DNA from: Octopus sinensis
Lineage: Eukaryota
NCBI RefSeq assembly: GCF_006345805.1
Contig: NC_043005.1
Coordinates: 40,486,001 to 40,550,000, forward strand
Reading direction: 5' to 3'
Length of the DNA: 64,000 nucleotides
The notes below the pieces were generated by a model, which was not told the DNA's origin, made no database searches, and saw nothing but the letters and a program-made list of their open reading frames with translations. Shown one piece after another: positions 41,787 through 55,683 of this stretch; within the stretch, counting starts at the first letter, position 1, and the number at the start of each line of letters is the position of its first letter. The position numbers and the translations under genes are program-made.

Positions 41787-42470
41787 TGCATAAACATTTT
41801 ATAGAACTCCAATTAGCCCACCTAAAAAAAAACACCTTGCCAAAGACTATATAAAGCCAAAATAAACCCATAGATAGCGCACTTTGACGAAGGCGAGCAA
41901 GCTTTTCTTCTTTGTTTTCTTTGTTTGTTTGTTTTTTTTTTGTGGAATATGTATAAAATTGTAGTGTTGGCAAGCAACGCTTATTATTTTTTTTTATCAT
42001 CTAATTTTGTTTGGTGTACGGTATTATAGTTGATAGTTATCACTCCTTGTTGAAAATTCATGGATAAACCAACAAACAAATGTAGAAGTTGTGTTTCAGA
42101 TGTAACAGTTTCAGTTGCGAAGTTCCCAAATTTCATAGTTACATTGACATTTTCTGTTTGAGACATGTTCTCTTGTTTATTAGATTGTGGCTTCGCGATG
42201 ACGAGGACGTTTTCCTGTCGGGGGTGTGTGTTATAGTAATGTTTTCAAACTACTGTAATATTTTCATTGCTACTGTCTCTTCCGTCTGATGACGAGATCT
42301 AAAAGGTCATAAAATGTAATGTGTTGATAGTTTTTTGGGAACTGTACTAGTCCAAGCCAAACAAAGACGGCTAATGCAAAAGGTTTTTAAAAATGATTTA
42401 TTTATTTATTGATGCATGCATATATGTATGTATATGTGTGTATATATGAGTGTATATATATATATATATA

Positions 42471-45123
42471 TTAGGGTTATGAAATTTTGATTTCTTTTGG
42501 AAGTAAACAATTTTCTGTATCAAAAGTCGATGAACAATTTTATAAAAGTAAGGAAAATAGCCTTTATTTTAAGTTTTTTATAAAATGTCGCCCTCACCTG
42601 AAGAAATCTAACACCACTTTTGATCAAAATCGTGCAAAATTCTAGTGGGATTCATAATGCCTACTCAAGTTTTTACCAAACTTGGTATGCTGAGTTAATG
42701 CAATGCAGAAGTAGTATATCTCAAATTTCAGCTTTAGGAGTTATAGAATTTTTAATTTGTTACCACGTAGGCCCTACTTAACGAAATATCCTCTTCCTTT
42801 CCTTTTTATTTCTGTGGTGCTAAAAACTCTGATTATATTAACTGTTTATCAGAATAGTAGGCTTATCCAACTAGAGTATGTAAAATAACGTCTCATAAGA
42901 GAAGTGCTTGTGTCACTCAAAGAAACAAAAAAAAATCTGGACGAAGAATCTCGTGCAATTTTAAAACTCACATAGGAAAAGAAGACCTGTTCCTTTAGAT
43001 CATTCTTTAGAAAACAAGTGTATGAATACCAATGAAACTTCAAATTGTCGGTCGCTACCTGTTCCTTGGAGGTACCATTAAAGGAAGGAAAGAAAGGACA
43101 AGGGTAATTTCGAAAGAAGTAACTTTTTTTATGGCGAAAGAAATTAAATTTCCAATATTTATCAATTCCAAATGTACAAGCAAAAGTAGAAGTGCTGAAT
43201 ACCTACGATAATTATGTAAAACGAGGAAAATAGATTCATTGAAAAGAATTTTTGACATCACAAAGGAAAACGGTGAATGGCTGTGCAGTGAGGATAGAAG
43301 GTTATATTATTTTCAGATTGAAAGCAAGGGACAGGCTGGGTATAGAACTAGAAAAGCAGCAAGTTCCAAAACTATCCATCCAAAAGAAGAAAAGTGTCCT
43401 TAATGCCAACTTCAACCAGAGTAACTCCATTATCATCGTCAACGTCTGCAGCAGAGACTGAAAGAGAATATTAAGTCTGAAAAATCAGATGAAGAATCCA
43501 CACAAACAAGGAGGAAGTATAGCAAAACTGGGACTGCAACCAAGTTAGTAATATCTTCCAAGCTATGAACCCAAAAAGCAGCAACAGTTTGTCGACAATT
43601 ATCTCAAGATGGAATCAATGTCGAGACTCCTTCCCAATCTGTTATTTACACATTGACTATCAAAGAAGCTGTTAAACTAAAAAAGAAAATGAAGAAAACA
43701 CTACATTTAGAAAACTGGTCATTGCATTTTGAAGATAAACGTATTGAGGATTCAAGAATACTAAGTGCTAGTTTTAAAGAATGAATAGGGAGAATTTAAG
43801 TTAGAAGCACTCCAATTAGCAAATGGAAAAGCCGGTACTGTTGGGAAAGGAACACTGAGAAAAGAAATGGCATTGTCATTCAGTTTCAAAGACTGTTTGC
43901 TCAAAAATGTTTGAAAGAACCACAATTTATTGGTTGTCAGTATCATATCCTTGTTAGAGTCTTCGTGTTGTAATGGATAACGAACTTGGAGAAAAAAAAT
44001 CATCTCCCAATATTGAATATACATTCATCCCAGAGCTTCTAAGTAATTACGAGAAACTCCAGGCTAATTTCAACAATAGAGAAGAAAAGATTACTGAATC
44101 AACAGGATGGCGAAATTTCATTAAATTTCTATTTCATTTGACTAGTTTTTTTTGTTTCTTTGAAGAAACCGGAAAATTTCCTACTGTAAAGTTTCAAAAA
44201 AATACCCAACTTAAGTAATGCAACATAGAATTCTCGTGAGAAAAGATTTTTGCTTCTCAATGTTTATCGATTCATTTCTTACAGCTGGACAGATTTTTGG
44301 TTTACTGACTAAATGTTCAATGCACATGAATATCAGAAGCCTGCAAGTTCATAAAAAGAGCATTGAACTCTGTAAAAACTTTTGGAGTCGAGAACCGTCC
44401 AAACGGGAAATTTCCAAAACAAACCAGAGTTCAGAACGGGCAATCAAGTGCCTTCGAGATATTTATGATGTTTGTAAAAGGAGAAACTTCAGCTTCAATT
44501 TTTTTTTATCAAACAAAACATATTAATTCTTTGTTATGTTTAAAAATTTGCTAACATTCAGCATCATTTTTTTATACAGCTATTTAAAATTGGAATTAAA
44601 CCTAAAATGTTAACAATGTGTATTGTTTTTAATTTTATCTGTTATAGAATACTTGTAGTGGCCTCTGTCTTAAAATAGCCTAGTTTTGAACCTTTTCATA
44701 GAGCAATTTCAATTCAGTAATCTTAAAAATGCATAAGTACACTTTTATTCCACATCTCTATTGCGTTTATAAGGATTTAGGCAGCAGATATACTAAAATA
44801 AGTGTGAATCTAGTAGTACCTAGTGATAATAGTTTTAAAAGCCCATAACACCGAAACTACTTCAGCTAGAAAGCTGACATTTCAGATATACTATTTCTGC
44901 ATTGCATTGAGTTAACACACCAAGTTTGGCAAAGACTTGAACAGGGGTTATGAATTTTGTTTGATTTGGGTCAAAAGTGGTGATCGATTTCTTAAGTTGG
45001 AGGTGATGTTTTTTTTCAAATAAAGTAAAATAAATGTAAGCTTTCTGAATTTTATAAAATTATTTATCGAATTACAGTATAGGATCATAGGATTATTAGG
45101 TTTTGAAAAAGTTATAACTCTAA
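42471..45123 (+). mobile_element. DNA transposon with ~290-bp imperfect TIRs and a decayed transposase, Sola2-like
   Basis: The left end (TTAGGGTTAT...) and right end (...ATAACTCTAA) align as inverted repeats, 42471-42760 vs 44850-45123, and both sit in (TA)n. The interior gives RIFDITKENGEWLCSEDRRLYYFQIESKGQAGY, NWSLHFEDK, LANGKAGTV, SPNIEYTFIPELLSNYEKL and SERAIKCL. The superfamily call is tentative. Confidence 0.75.
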
Positions 45124-45279
45124 TATATATATATATAAACAGATAAGTGGTACAACAAGGCACCAATATTTACTGGAAAATAGCAATCTATACAAATACG
45201 ACGCTATTGTATAGCTTCACTGCGAATTTACTTCCCTTATGGGGCTTTATTTTACTGGAATGTAATACATTTGTATTGC

Positions 45280-45330
<51 letters not shown>

Positions 45331-45389
45331 ATATTATATATATATAATATAATATATATATATTATATATATATATACATACATATATA

Positions 45390-45590
45390 TATTTCATTTT
45401 GGGATTTGGTTTGCAAGATTCTTTATGTGAGTTCGTGTGTTGAAGCATATTCTGTTGTGCCTGGGGATAGTGATTCTCTTTTAGTGCCTTATAATTTAAC
45501 ACACTCACCAGTAAAATTTCCACTTATTCCTTATTTTCATTTTCCTAAAATTTTCGTTGCGTCTTGCAACCTTTTCAATAGTCTTGACTC
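45390..45590 (-). mobile_element. Penelope-like pLTR/ORF-start fragment, family P2
   Basis: Highly similar to 58686-58882. Both copies end at the same position beside (TA)n. It carries a hammerhead-like motif. Confidence 0.6.
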
Positions 45591-45663
45591 TAAATTATAA
45601 GGCACAAAAAGAAAATGACTCTCCCCAGACACAACAGTATGTAGGTATGTATAATATATTATA

Positions 45664-45725
<62 letters not shown>

Positions 45726-45729
45726 TATA

Positions 45730-45798
<69 letters not shown>

Positions 45799-46171
45799 GT
45801 ATGTTAGTGGAAAAATCAAAACCAAGGCAGAACGAGTATATCAAGTCATTTAGAATAATGTAATTAGCGTGAAGTGAATTTCCACTAATGTAATATATAC
45901 CTGCTATAATGGAACCCTAACACAGATCTCGGGTTCCAGCCTTAGCTGTGATTTTGGAACCTAACGGTTGACCAACTATTGTACTTACCTAGCGTACCTT
46001 TTCGTTTAGGTCACAAGTGAACTAAACCCCTCATATTCTTTATGTGTGTATGTGTGTGTGTGTGTGTGTGTGTATGTGTACATGTATATACATGTAATAT
46101 ATGTATATGTATGCATATATATGTATGTATGTGTATATATGTGTGTGTATATAATTATATATATATATATA

Positions 46172-46393
46172 TACTCTTTTCTCTTTTACTTGTTTCAGTC
46201 TCTTTTGCCGAACCGCTAAGTGACGGGGACGTAAACACACCAGCATCGGTTGTCAAGCAATGTTAGGGGGACAAACACAGACACACAAACATACACACAC
46301 ACATATATATACATATATACGACGGGCTTCTTTGAGCTTCCGTCTACAAATCCACTCACAAGGCTTTGGTCGGCCCGATGCCATAGTAGAAGA
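46172..46393 (-). mobile_element. SINE family A with internal deletion
   Basis: Similar to the 16642 copy. Confidence 0.8.
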
Positions 46394-46517
46394 CATATAT
46401 AAACAAATATATGTAGAGAATACACAAAGTTTTCGTCAATGTGATATGTTTATATTCTCCCAATCAAACCTTTATTTCAAGTTATGTGAAATATTTTGTT
46501 TTTTCATTTATATGTTA

Positions 46518-46575
<58 letters not shown>

Positions 46576-46619
46576 ATATATATATATATAATATATATAT
46601 ATGTATATATATAATATAT

Positions 46620-46662
<43 letters not shown>

Positions 46663-46689
46663 GTGTGTGTATGTGTGTATGTATGTATA

Positions 46690-46756
<67 letters not shown>

Positions 46757-46889
46757 GTGTGTGTATGTGTGTATGTATGTATATGTGTGTGTATATATAT
46801 ATATATATGTCTGTGGTATATATATAGTGAAAGGAGAAATAGAAAGACAGACAGACAGTCAGACAGATAGATAGGTAGATAAATAGATA

Positions 46890-47410
46890 GATTCAGGTCA
46901 GGAGCAATCAAATCATAGCATTCCAAACATACATGGGTGACATGAGTCATTCGGGTGCAGCCTTACATATCCTGGTCCCTAATCATTGAAATCTTCAGCT
47001 GCTTATTTACCGTAGAGACTTCTGGCCAGCCTCTTTGATTGCGTTGTCTCGTAACTTACCTTGTAAAGAAGATAGGCTAAGCATAGTAGGGAAATATAAT
47101 GAAAGGGAGTGGAATATGTGGGTAGAAGCAAGAAGAAAATCCCCGACTACTCTGAACATTTGCTTGTAGGCCGGAACGGTTAAGGGGAAGAGGGGTGCCT
47201 GATGAGGTGCTCTTTGGTGGATGGGGTAAGCAGGATGTGTGGGGTTCCTTGGTGCAACTCCCACTCCCATTGGAAATTTTTGTTTGAATTTTCTTGTTAA
47301 TTGTAATTGTTATTCATTGTATATTCGTCACTGTTCAACATCCTACATGTTCCTTGTATTGTATTGTCCCTATTTGTTTTTTGTTCGGCCCTTGTGGCCA
47401 ATAAAGAAAC
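46890..47410 (+). mobile_element. Tx1/L1-like LINE 3' end with an (ATC)n tail
   Basis: It ends GGCCCTTGTGGCCAATAAAGAAACCATCATCATC, close to the terminus of the 49083 element. The coding remnant is weak. Confidence 0.55.
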
Positions 47411-47555
47411 CATCATCATCATCATTACTATTATTACTTCCTCCCTATCCTTTAGGTAAATACCTGTATACAAATAGTTGTCTGTCCTTGTCATGCCCTT
47501 CCCAATGCCCCCGTGGTTAATAAAAAAAAGATTATTATCATTATTATCGAGGTGA

Positions 47556-47990
47556 CGAACTGGCAGAGTCGTTAGCACGACGGGCGAAATGCTTAGCGAT
47601 ATTTCGTCTGCCACTATGTTTTGAGTTCAAATTCCGCTTAGGTCGACTTTGCCTCTCATCCTTTCGGGGTCGATTAAATAAGTACCAGTTACGCACTGGG
47701 GTCAATATAATCGACTTAACCCCTTCCCCCAAGATTCAGGCCTTGTGCTTCCAGTAGGAGGGATTATTTATAAAGGCCACGAGCTGGCAGAATCGTTAGC
47801 ACACCGGGCGAAATGCTTAGCGGCACTTCGTCTGCCTGCACGTTCTGTGTTCAAATTCCGCCGAGGTCGACGTTGCCTTTCATCCTTTCGGGGTCGATAA
47901 AATTAAGCACTAGTCAAACACTGGGGTCGATGTAAACGACTAGTCCCCCCCCCCGCTAATTTCAAGCCTTCTGCCTTCAGTAGAAAATAT
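47556..47990 (+). mobile_element. Two tandem SINE family B copies
   Basis: CGAACTGGCAGAGTCGTTAGC... at 47556 and CGAGCTGGCAGAATCGTTAGC... at ~47778. Each has GAGGTCGACTTTGCC..TCATCCTTTCGGGGTCGAT or a close variant. Confidence 0.9.
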
Positions 47991-48559
47991 TATTGCTATT
48001 AATAAAAGGAGGAAGAGGAATGCCATTGTTATCTGGGACTAAATAAAAATATGCGTTGCCGTGGGACGTCATGTGTTCACCTCATAAAAAAGTGCAGTTA
48101 AAGAAAAATATCTGTTACTGCTAATCAGTAGTTTACATTTCCAGTATGCTGGAAATACATCCAGCTTCAAACTAGTCAATCACTAGTATACACTCTTTTA
48201 CTTCTGTACGTGTGTATTTGTACATACTACAGGATAAACACCTGGAATGCTTTACATATTTTCACAGTGCCATTAATAATGGCTTGCAATCGTGATTCCC
48301 TAATTAGGCGTATACTTTCTGTTTTATGATGAACAGTTTCTTAAGGTTGTTACCTAGAGGTTCAGTTATATAACTAAAGTCTCAGTAAACTATAAAAGAA
48401 AGCCTCCTTATTTAGAACAGCACAAAATTTCAAGGCTGTTTATTGAATAGCTTATAGAACAAGTGGGAAGACGCGTGTTTATTTATCCTTAAAACCTTAA
48501 GTAGCAGGTAGTTGGCTGCATAAAACAAACAATAATAATAATACAGTGAGGAAGATATT

Positions 48560-49082
<523 letters not shown>

Positions 49083-49085
<3 letters not shown>

Positions 49086-49810
49086 TCGTCAATAGCTGAG
49101 TCTATCGTCAATAGCTGAGTCTATCGTCAATATTGTCACGCCTCCTTCCTTCAAACGGGAAGGAAGAGCTATTTTCATCATCCTTGTGGCTATGGCGAAA
49201 GAATGTATCTGGTGGACGCGTCTGAAAGGATTGGAGACAAACACTTTCCTCTCTGGTCAATCTCTCATCAACTTCTTCAAGTACCACTTGAAAAGGAAAG
49301 TGAGAGTAGAGAGGCAAGTTTTGTCTAGCGAATGTTTTAAAAAAAGATGGGTGAATGTAGCAAGAATGGCACGTATGAATGACGAAGCCACCTTGAGCAT
49401 AGTCCTATGAACCCAGAAATCGAAAACAGAGAGTTGCTTATTTGCAAAAAAAAAAAAAAAAAAAAAAAAGAAATATAAAATGTGACTTCATTGACCGAGG
49501 TTACCGTGGTCTTTTCCGCAGGCTTTTCTTTCCACGGGTAAACCTCACCTGTCCTCCCCTTTACACTTCATATTGACATTTCTGTGATAACGATCCCTAT
49601 TGATCATTTTTTTTTCCTCTCCCCCCCTTTTTTTTTTTTTTTTTTTTTTAACCCCCCTTATTTTTGTCCTCTTTCTCTCCTTTTACGATCCCTTTTGATC
49701 GAACCTCCCCCTTCCTTTTTTTTTTTTTTTTTTTAATACCTTCAAAAGAAAAGCTCTACCTTGTAATTTGTTCTATCTGTGTGCAGCCCTGTGTGGCTAA
49801 TAAAGAAACA

Positions 49811-49845
<35 letters not shown>
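49083..49845 (+). mobile_element. 5'-truncated Tx1/L1-clade LINE within (TATC)n
   Basis: The ORF2 C-terminus reads AIFIILVAMAKECIWWTRLKG..SGQSLINFFKYHLKRKVRVERQVLSSECFKKRW. The 3' UTR ends GTGGCTAATAAAGAAA followed by (TATC)n. A second partial 3' UTR follows at 49846-50035. Confidence 0.85.
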
Positions 49846-50477
49846 AAAAATTAATACAGAGTTGCTTATTTGCAAAAAAAAAAGAAATATAACATATGAC
49901 TTCATTGACCGAGGTTACCGTGGTCTTTTCCGTAGGCTTTTCTTTCCACGGGTAAACCTCACCTGTCCTTCCCTTTACACTTCATATTGACATTTCTGTG
50001 ATAACGATCCCTATTGATCAAATTTTTTTTCTTTCCCCCCACCTTTTTTTATTTTTATTTTTTTTTATTATATCCCCCTAGCTATGTCTGCTTGTATACC
50101 TCTCTGTCTATTTTCATTATCACTATATTACTTACCATTCTAATACGTACAAACAATATACAAAAATGTCAATATTTAAAATCCACTCGACTGGTTTTCG
50201 CCACTTCGTCCCTTCCTCTTTAGAAAAATGATCTCATTAAATTCAGGCATCGGCACTATTGTTGATTACGCTGCACCCTCACTTACACACCATGTTGCTC
50301 CCAGTTCCCATCACGTTATTATCTTATTATGTGTGAATATCAGAAAATATGCAAGGCGAGCGGGGCTGGCCATGGTCTTTGCAAGCTTTACCAGACAGGT
50401 GTAATAGGTGTGAGAGTAGTTCAGTTTGAACTACCGTAGGTTGATAAGTCCATGGAAAATATTGTGAGCAAATCTTG

Positions 50478-50678
50478 GCAGGAGGCCAGCAATTTCGGCG
50501 GAGGGGGTAAGTAGATTACATCGACCCCAGTTCTTAACAAATACTTATTTTATCGATCCTGAAAGGATGAAAATCAAAGTCGACCCCGGTGGAATTTGAA
50601 CTCAGGACGTGAAGTTGAACGAAATACCGCTGAGTTTTTTGCCCGGCGTGCTAACAATTCTGCCAGCTCGCTGCCTTA
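50478..50678 (-). mobile_element. SINE family B
   Basis: Reverse-complement similarity to the 59728 copy. Confidence 0.8.
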
Positions 50679-50872
50679 ACTCTGTGGAAAATATTGGCAA
50701 CGAGAAAGTATCAGAAGGTTACAGTTCTGGGAGACAGCACTCTACTTTACTTTTATATTGCTTTACAACGTGAACATGTGAATATTCGCCATATTGGACA
50801 TTTAAAATCAGCAAAAAACAAAACAAAAAAACAAACAAGTAAAAAGTAGAAATTTAATATCATTTTCATTTA

Positions 50873-51330
50873 TTCTTTTACTCGTTTCAGTCATTAGACT
50901 GCAGCCATGCTGGGGCACTGCCTTCAAGAATTTCCAATCGAACGAATCGACCCCAGTACTTCATCGTTTATTTTTAAGCTTGGCACTTATTCCATCGCTC
51001 CTTTTTGCCGAACAACCAAGTTACGGGGATATAAACACACCAATACCTATTTCTTTACTACCCACAAGGGGCTAAACACAGAGGGGACAAACAAGGACAG
51101 ACAAACGGATTAAGTCGATTACATCGACCCCAGTGCGTAACTGGTACTTAATTTATCGACTCCGAAAGGATGAAAGGCAAAGTCGACCTCGGCGGAATTT
51201 GAACTCAGAACGTAGCTGCAGACGAAATACGGCTACGCATTTCGCCCGGCGTGCTAACGTTTCTGCCAGCTCGCCGCCTAATAAACACACCAATACCGGT
51301 CGTCAAGCAGTGGTGGGATACAAACACAAA
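50873..51330 (-). mobile_element. SINE family A 3' half, interrupted by a family B copy
   Basis: Family A sequence resumes on the far side of the nested insertion. Confidence 0.8.
51048..51280 (-). mobile_element. Young full-length SINE family B with a 17-bp TSD
   Basis: ATAAACACACCAATACC occurs at 51031-51047 and 51281-51297. Confidence 0.92.
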
Positions 51331-51857
51331 CACAACCTGTTCAAATGATTCGCTTGTAGTAATCAAATGTATGCATACTTATTTTTTATTGAAGAAGGAA
51401 ATGTTAGAAAGGGCTGATGTATTCATTTGACTTTTAAAACCTTGTATTTCATCAAGTGAGTTCTTCAGGAAATGCGTTCTCTCATCAATAATTTTTCAAA
51501 AAAGTAACCTAATGGCCAATGGCACGAACTAAGATAATTCGGATGCTCTCAAAAATTGCAATAAAGTTAAGTTTGTCTTTATACTTAGAGAAAGAAAACT
51601 AAAGCAAACCTGGGGCAAATAGTGAACGCGTACACAAACGAAAAGATTTCTTTGTTAGAGAAATGATACATATGAAAAACAACGAAAGAGAACAGCGGGG
51701 ATTTGATGTAAGTGATCCACAGCTTGCTTACCGAGAAGAACAGATGTCGCTTTAGCAATGATATACGAGACAACAGAACATATTGTGCCTGTGAACCGGT
51801 TCTTATTGTTGTTCAATGTAGATTTCTTTGTTTAAGGTTATGACGTGAGGAGAGATG

Positions 51858-52130
51858 TGAAGGCGCATAACCAAGTGGTTATGGTGTTGCATTCACGATC
51901 GGGCTATCGTGGTTTCAATTCCTGGACCGGGTGGTGCGTTTGTTCTTGAGCAAAACACTTCATCTCACGTTGCCCTGCAAACACTTCGGCACTCGACGTG
52001 TGATATCCTGTGCACCTGTTCAGGCAACGTCGATTTGATGGAGGGAATGAACAAATGTACAACACATATATTTGATCACTATAAACAAATCATTTGTACA
52101 GGTTGTTCAACAAGGAATTGCAGAACCGTT
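51858..52130 (+). mobile_element. tRNA-derived SINE family D
   Basis: Head GGCGCATAACCAAGTGG, B-box GGTTTCAATTCC and the segment CTTGAGCAAAACACTT. A related head lies on the minus strand at 56160-56400. Confidence 0.7.
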
Positions 52131-52863
52131 TTTTCTCGGAGTATGAGAGACTACCATCATTATATGAGGAGAGATACGACTGCTATTTCAAGGAGGTTGA
52201 GCAATTACATAGAGACTCCCTCGTTAGCTTATGTCATTTAGGACGGTTTTTCTCGTAGATGGGGATGAGCATCATAGGGAAGGGCATGAACAGACTAAAA
52301 AGGAGGCAGGCAAAGTATCATGTTTAATAAAGTTAAGATGGTTTTAGACTTTTTAATCTTGTGTCCAACTTCATAAAGTAAGAAGAATTATATGGATGCT
52401 AATATTTTGTCTTCTCATTAGTCATGATGATCCGCGGGGTTATCTTTGCTCTTCATACCTCCAGGATCGATAAAAAATAACGTATCACTCATATACTGGG
52501 GTGAATAATATTGACTAAACCTCTGTCCTCAAATGTGGGAATTTGAACTCAGAACGTAAAGGGGCGGAACAAACACCGCAAGGCATTTATCCAACTTTTT
52601 GCTGATTCTGCCAATCCGACCCAATGTTTCTTATTTAGGCATAAGGTCAGAAATTTTCGAGAGAGGGTTGGTTGATTACATGGATCTCAGTTGAGGACTG
52701 GTACTTTACTTTACCGATCTCAGAGGGATGAAAAGCAAAACTACTTCGGCAGAATTTGAACTTAGAATGTAAGGTACCGCAAGGTATTTTGTCCGACGCA
52801 CTAATAATTCCGCCAATCTACCAAATTGACACAAGGCCAACAATCTTAGTGAAGGAGTTAGTC

Positions 52864-53163
52864 CGTTGGTTCTCAACAATTTTTTACATATGGATCCCTT
52901 TGATACTTATTTTATTCGGATGAACCTTCATAGCTATTTGATGTTTTAAAAATCCAATTATAGTTTTATAATGAATATTATTAGGAATTGTATTTAAAAA
53001 GAAAAAGTTAAAATATTTTGAATATTATAGAAGTATAACCAGTTTATTGCACATAAAATTTAACAACAAAATCTTATATGGATCCCTCTCCAAGAGCCAT
53101 ATGGACCCCTAAAAGTCATGTAGGCCCCCTAAGGGTCATATGAACTCTGATTGAGAACCACTG
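52864..53163. mobile_element. hAT MITE, same family as 13049, inserted into a SINE B remnant
   Basis: Ends CGTTGGTTCTCAAC / TTGAGAACCACTG. The flanks AGTTAGTC and ACTCAGTC match at 6 of 8. Confidence 0.75.
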
Positions 53164-54001
53164 ACTCAGTCGATTAAATTGACCACAGAACTTAACTGGT
53201 ACAACTTAATTGTCTCGTATGTCATTTGTCGATTTTATGGAAATAAAACGTAATGTCAATTACAGTGGATTTGAATTCAGAACGTAAAGAGCCGGAAACA
53301 TATTTCAGCCGATTCCGTTGATCTGTCTCTCAGCAGCGGCCTTCCTCACCTCTTTTTTGATCAGAATTAGTCATTTACAAAATTACTATTCTCATCACTA
53401 AGGTGTAAAAAATCTTACGACATGCGTCATCAAATATGCTGGTGCCCACTTAACTTTTGGTCAATGTAGTCAGGAATAAACTATGTATATAATAAGACAG
53501 GATGGTCACGGCTAGAATACTTGTAGTACTAGGTTCCGTTCGATCAGAACTGGCTCAAGGCAAATCAACAACAACAAAAAAAGAAATTACATCTTGATCA
53601 GTTGGTAAACTTCTACATACGAGCTTAAGTTTGACCTATATTAGAATTTTTTCTCATATAACTGGGAAGGTTCTATTCATAGAAACAAAAACGTCGTTGA
53701 TCGCTGGTTCTCAAACTGACAAATAACAGCCTTTATTAGAAATAAATAATGAGGCAATTTGTTGCGCTTTGTATGTATGTATGTATGTATGTATGTATGT
53801 ATGTATGTATGTATGTATGTATGCATACTCTCTATACAAATTATTCATCCCCTAACCATACTATTTGTCTCCTCCCGATATAAGCAAAAAAAAAACAATG
53901 TCTGGAAGACGCACAATAACGTAAGAGCGCACCTTGATGTAACGCCAATGAAATGCCACTCTAATATCTAAAACCGCAAATATTACGTAAATTTTTCACC
54001 T

Positions 54002-54388
54002 ACTCTGTTACTTGTTTCAGTCATTTGACTGCGGCCATGCTGGAGCACCGCCTTTAGTCGAGCAAATCGACTCCAGGACTTATTCTTTGTAAGCCTAGTA
54101 CTTACTTAATCTATCGGTGTCTTTTGCCGAACCGCTAAGTTACGGGGACGTAAACACACCAGCATCGGTTGTCAAGCGATGTTGGGGGGACAAAAACAGA
54201 CACACAAACATACACACACACACACACACACACACACCACACACACACACACCACACACACACACACACACATATGTCGGCCCGAGGCTATAGTAGAAGA
54301 CACTTGCCCAAGGTACCACGCAGTGTGACTAAACCCGGAACCATGTGGTTGGTAAGCAAGCTACTCACCACACAGCCACTCCTGCGCC
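54002..54388 (-). mobile_element. SINE family A with internal deletion
   Basis: Similar to the 16642 copy. Confidence 0.88.
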
Positions 54389-55432
54389 TATACTTCGAAA
54401 CTTCGCATAAATATGGTGTTGAAAAGCAGGGTCGGTAGAGAAACAATTATAACTGATTATTAAAGATGTGTTGAAATATTTCTTTGTCTTATTATTTGGA
54501 TTGTGTGTTCGTTTCTCTTTTTGCTACCTCTGATTTTATTTTTGAATATTCAATATAAATGAAGATATTTCCTCCGTTTGGCTGCTTTTCTTTCTACAAA
54601 ACGGGAAGTTACATTACGGAACAGTTATTTTAACGAGTTGTATTCATTTAACACCCGGCGAGATACATCTGCACCACCGGATGCTCCTGAACCAGTTGTT
54701 GAGTGTCCCACACATGAGGAATCAATGCTAGATGCGTCGAAACAATTGTCGTGATTAATAATGAATTCTCGTATATTCTATATTCCGTCTTTCATTTTCC
54801 ATATATATGAGTATGTGTATGTGTGTGTTTGTGTGTGTGTGTTTATGTGGGTGTATGTGTGTGCGCGTACGGACGTATGTATGTATGCATCTATGTATGT
54901 ATGTTAGTATTCAGTTTATTTCAAGGTTTCTTGCCAACAGAGAAAGAATCGGTTTCTAACCTAGATCCAAGGTTCCTTCAGTGGAATTTCAACATCAACG
55001 GCAGGGTATTTTTTATGTATGTATGTATGATTACTCGTTATTAGCGATGGAAACAATATTAGCTCAAATAGCATTCCGTATATACTAAACGCAGATATAC
55101 AGGTGAAACCCATAAAACTACGGTAATCGTCTCGAGAAAGCATCTCATACAGACGAAAAGTGTTAAAAAATAATGAAATCCATCCTCGCTGCTGCTCGAC
55201 GTTTTTCGTCAGTTATTGATATATTTCTGTGCTTTTTAACACTATATGTCTATACGGGAGGTTTTCTCGAGACGAAAATTTTTTAAGGCTTTCGACAGTA
55301 CATCAACGTTAAGTGTGATATACAGAATGATATATGTATGTATGTACGTATGTATGTATGTATGTATGTATGTATGTATGTATGTATGTATGTATGTATG
55401 TATGTATGTATGTATGTATGAATGTATACGTA

Positions 55433-55640
55433 TTTGTGTGTCTGTGTTTCCACCACCACCCTATCGCTTGACAACCGATGTTGGTATGTTTGCGACTCTG
55501 TAACTTAGCGGTTCGGCAAAAAGTACCGATAGAATAAGTACTAGGCTTACAAAGAATAAGTCCTGTGGTCGATTTGTTCGACTAAAGGCGGTACTCCAGC
55601 AAGGCCGCAATCAGATGACTGAAACAAGTAAAAGAATAAA
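55433..55640 (+). mobile_element. SINE family A, 3' half
   Basis: Similar to 8760-8965. Confidence 0.85.
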
Positions 55641-55641
55641 A

Positions 55642-55683
<42 letters not shown>

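Noticed and set aside
42289-42320. CTGATGA followed by a GATCT/AGGTC stem
   Set aside because: GAAA is replaced by ATAAAA and no helix III forms.
54712-54750. GAAA-CAATTG-TC with a palindromic helix III
   Set aside because: The CUGANGA half is missing (CACATGA) and helix II is poor.
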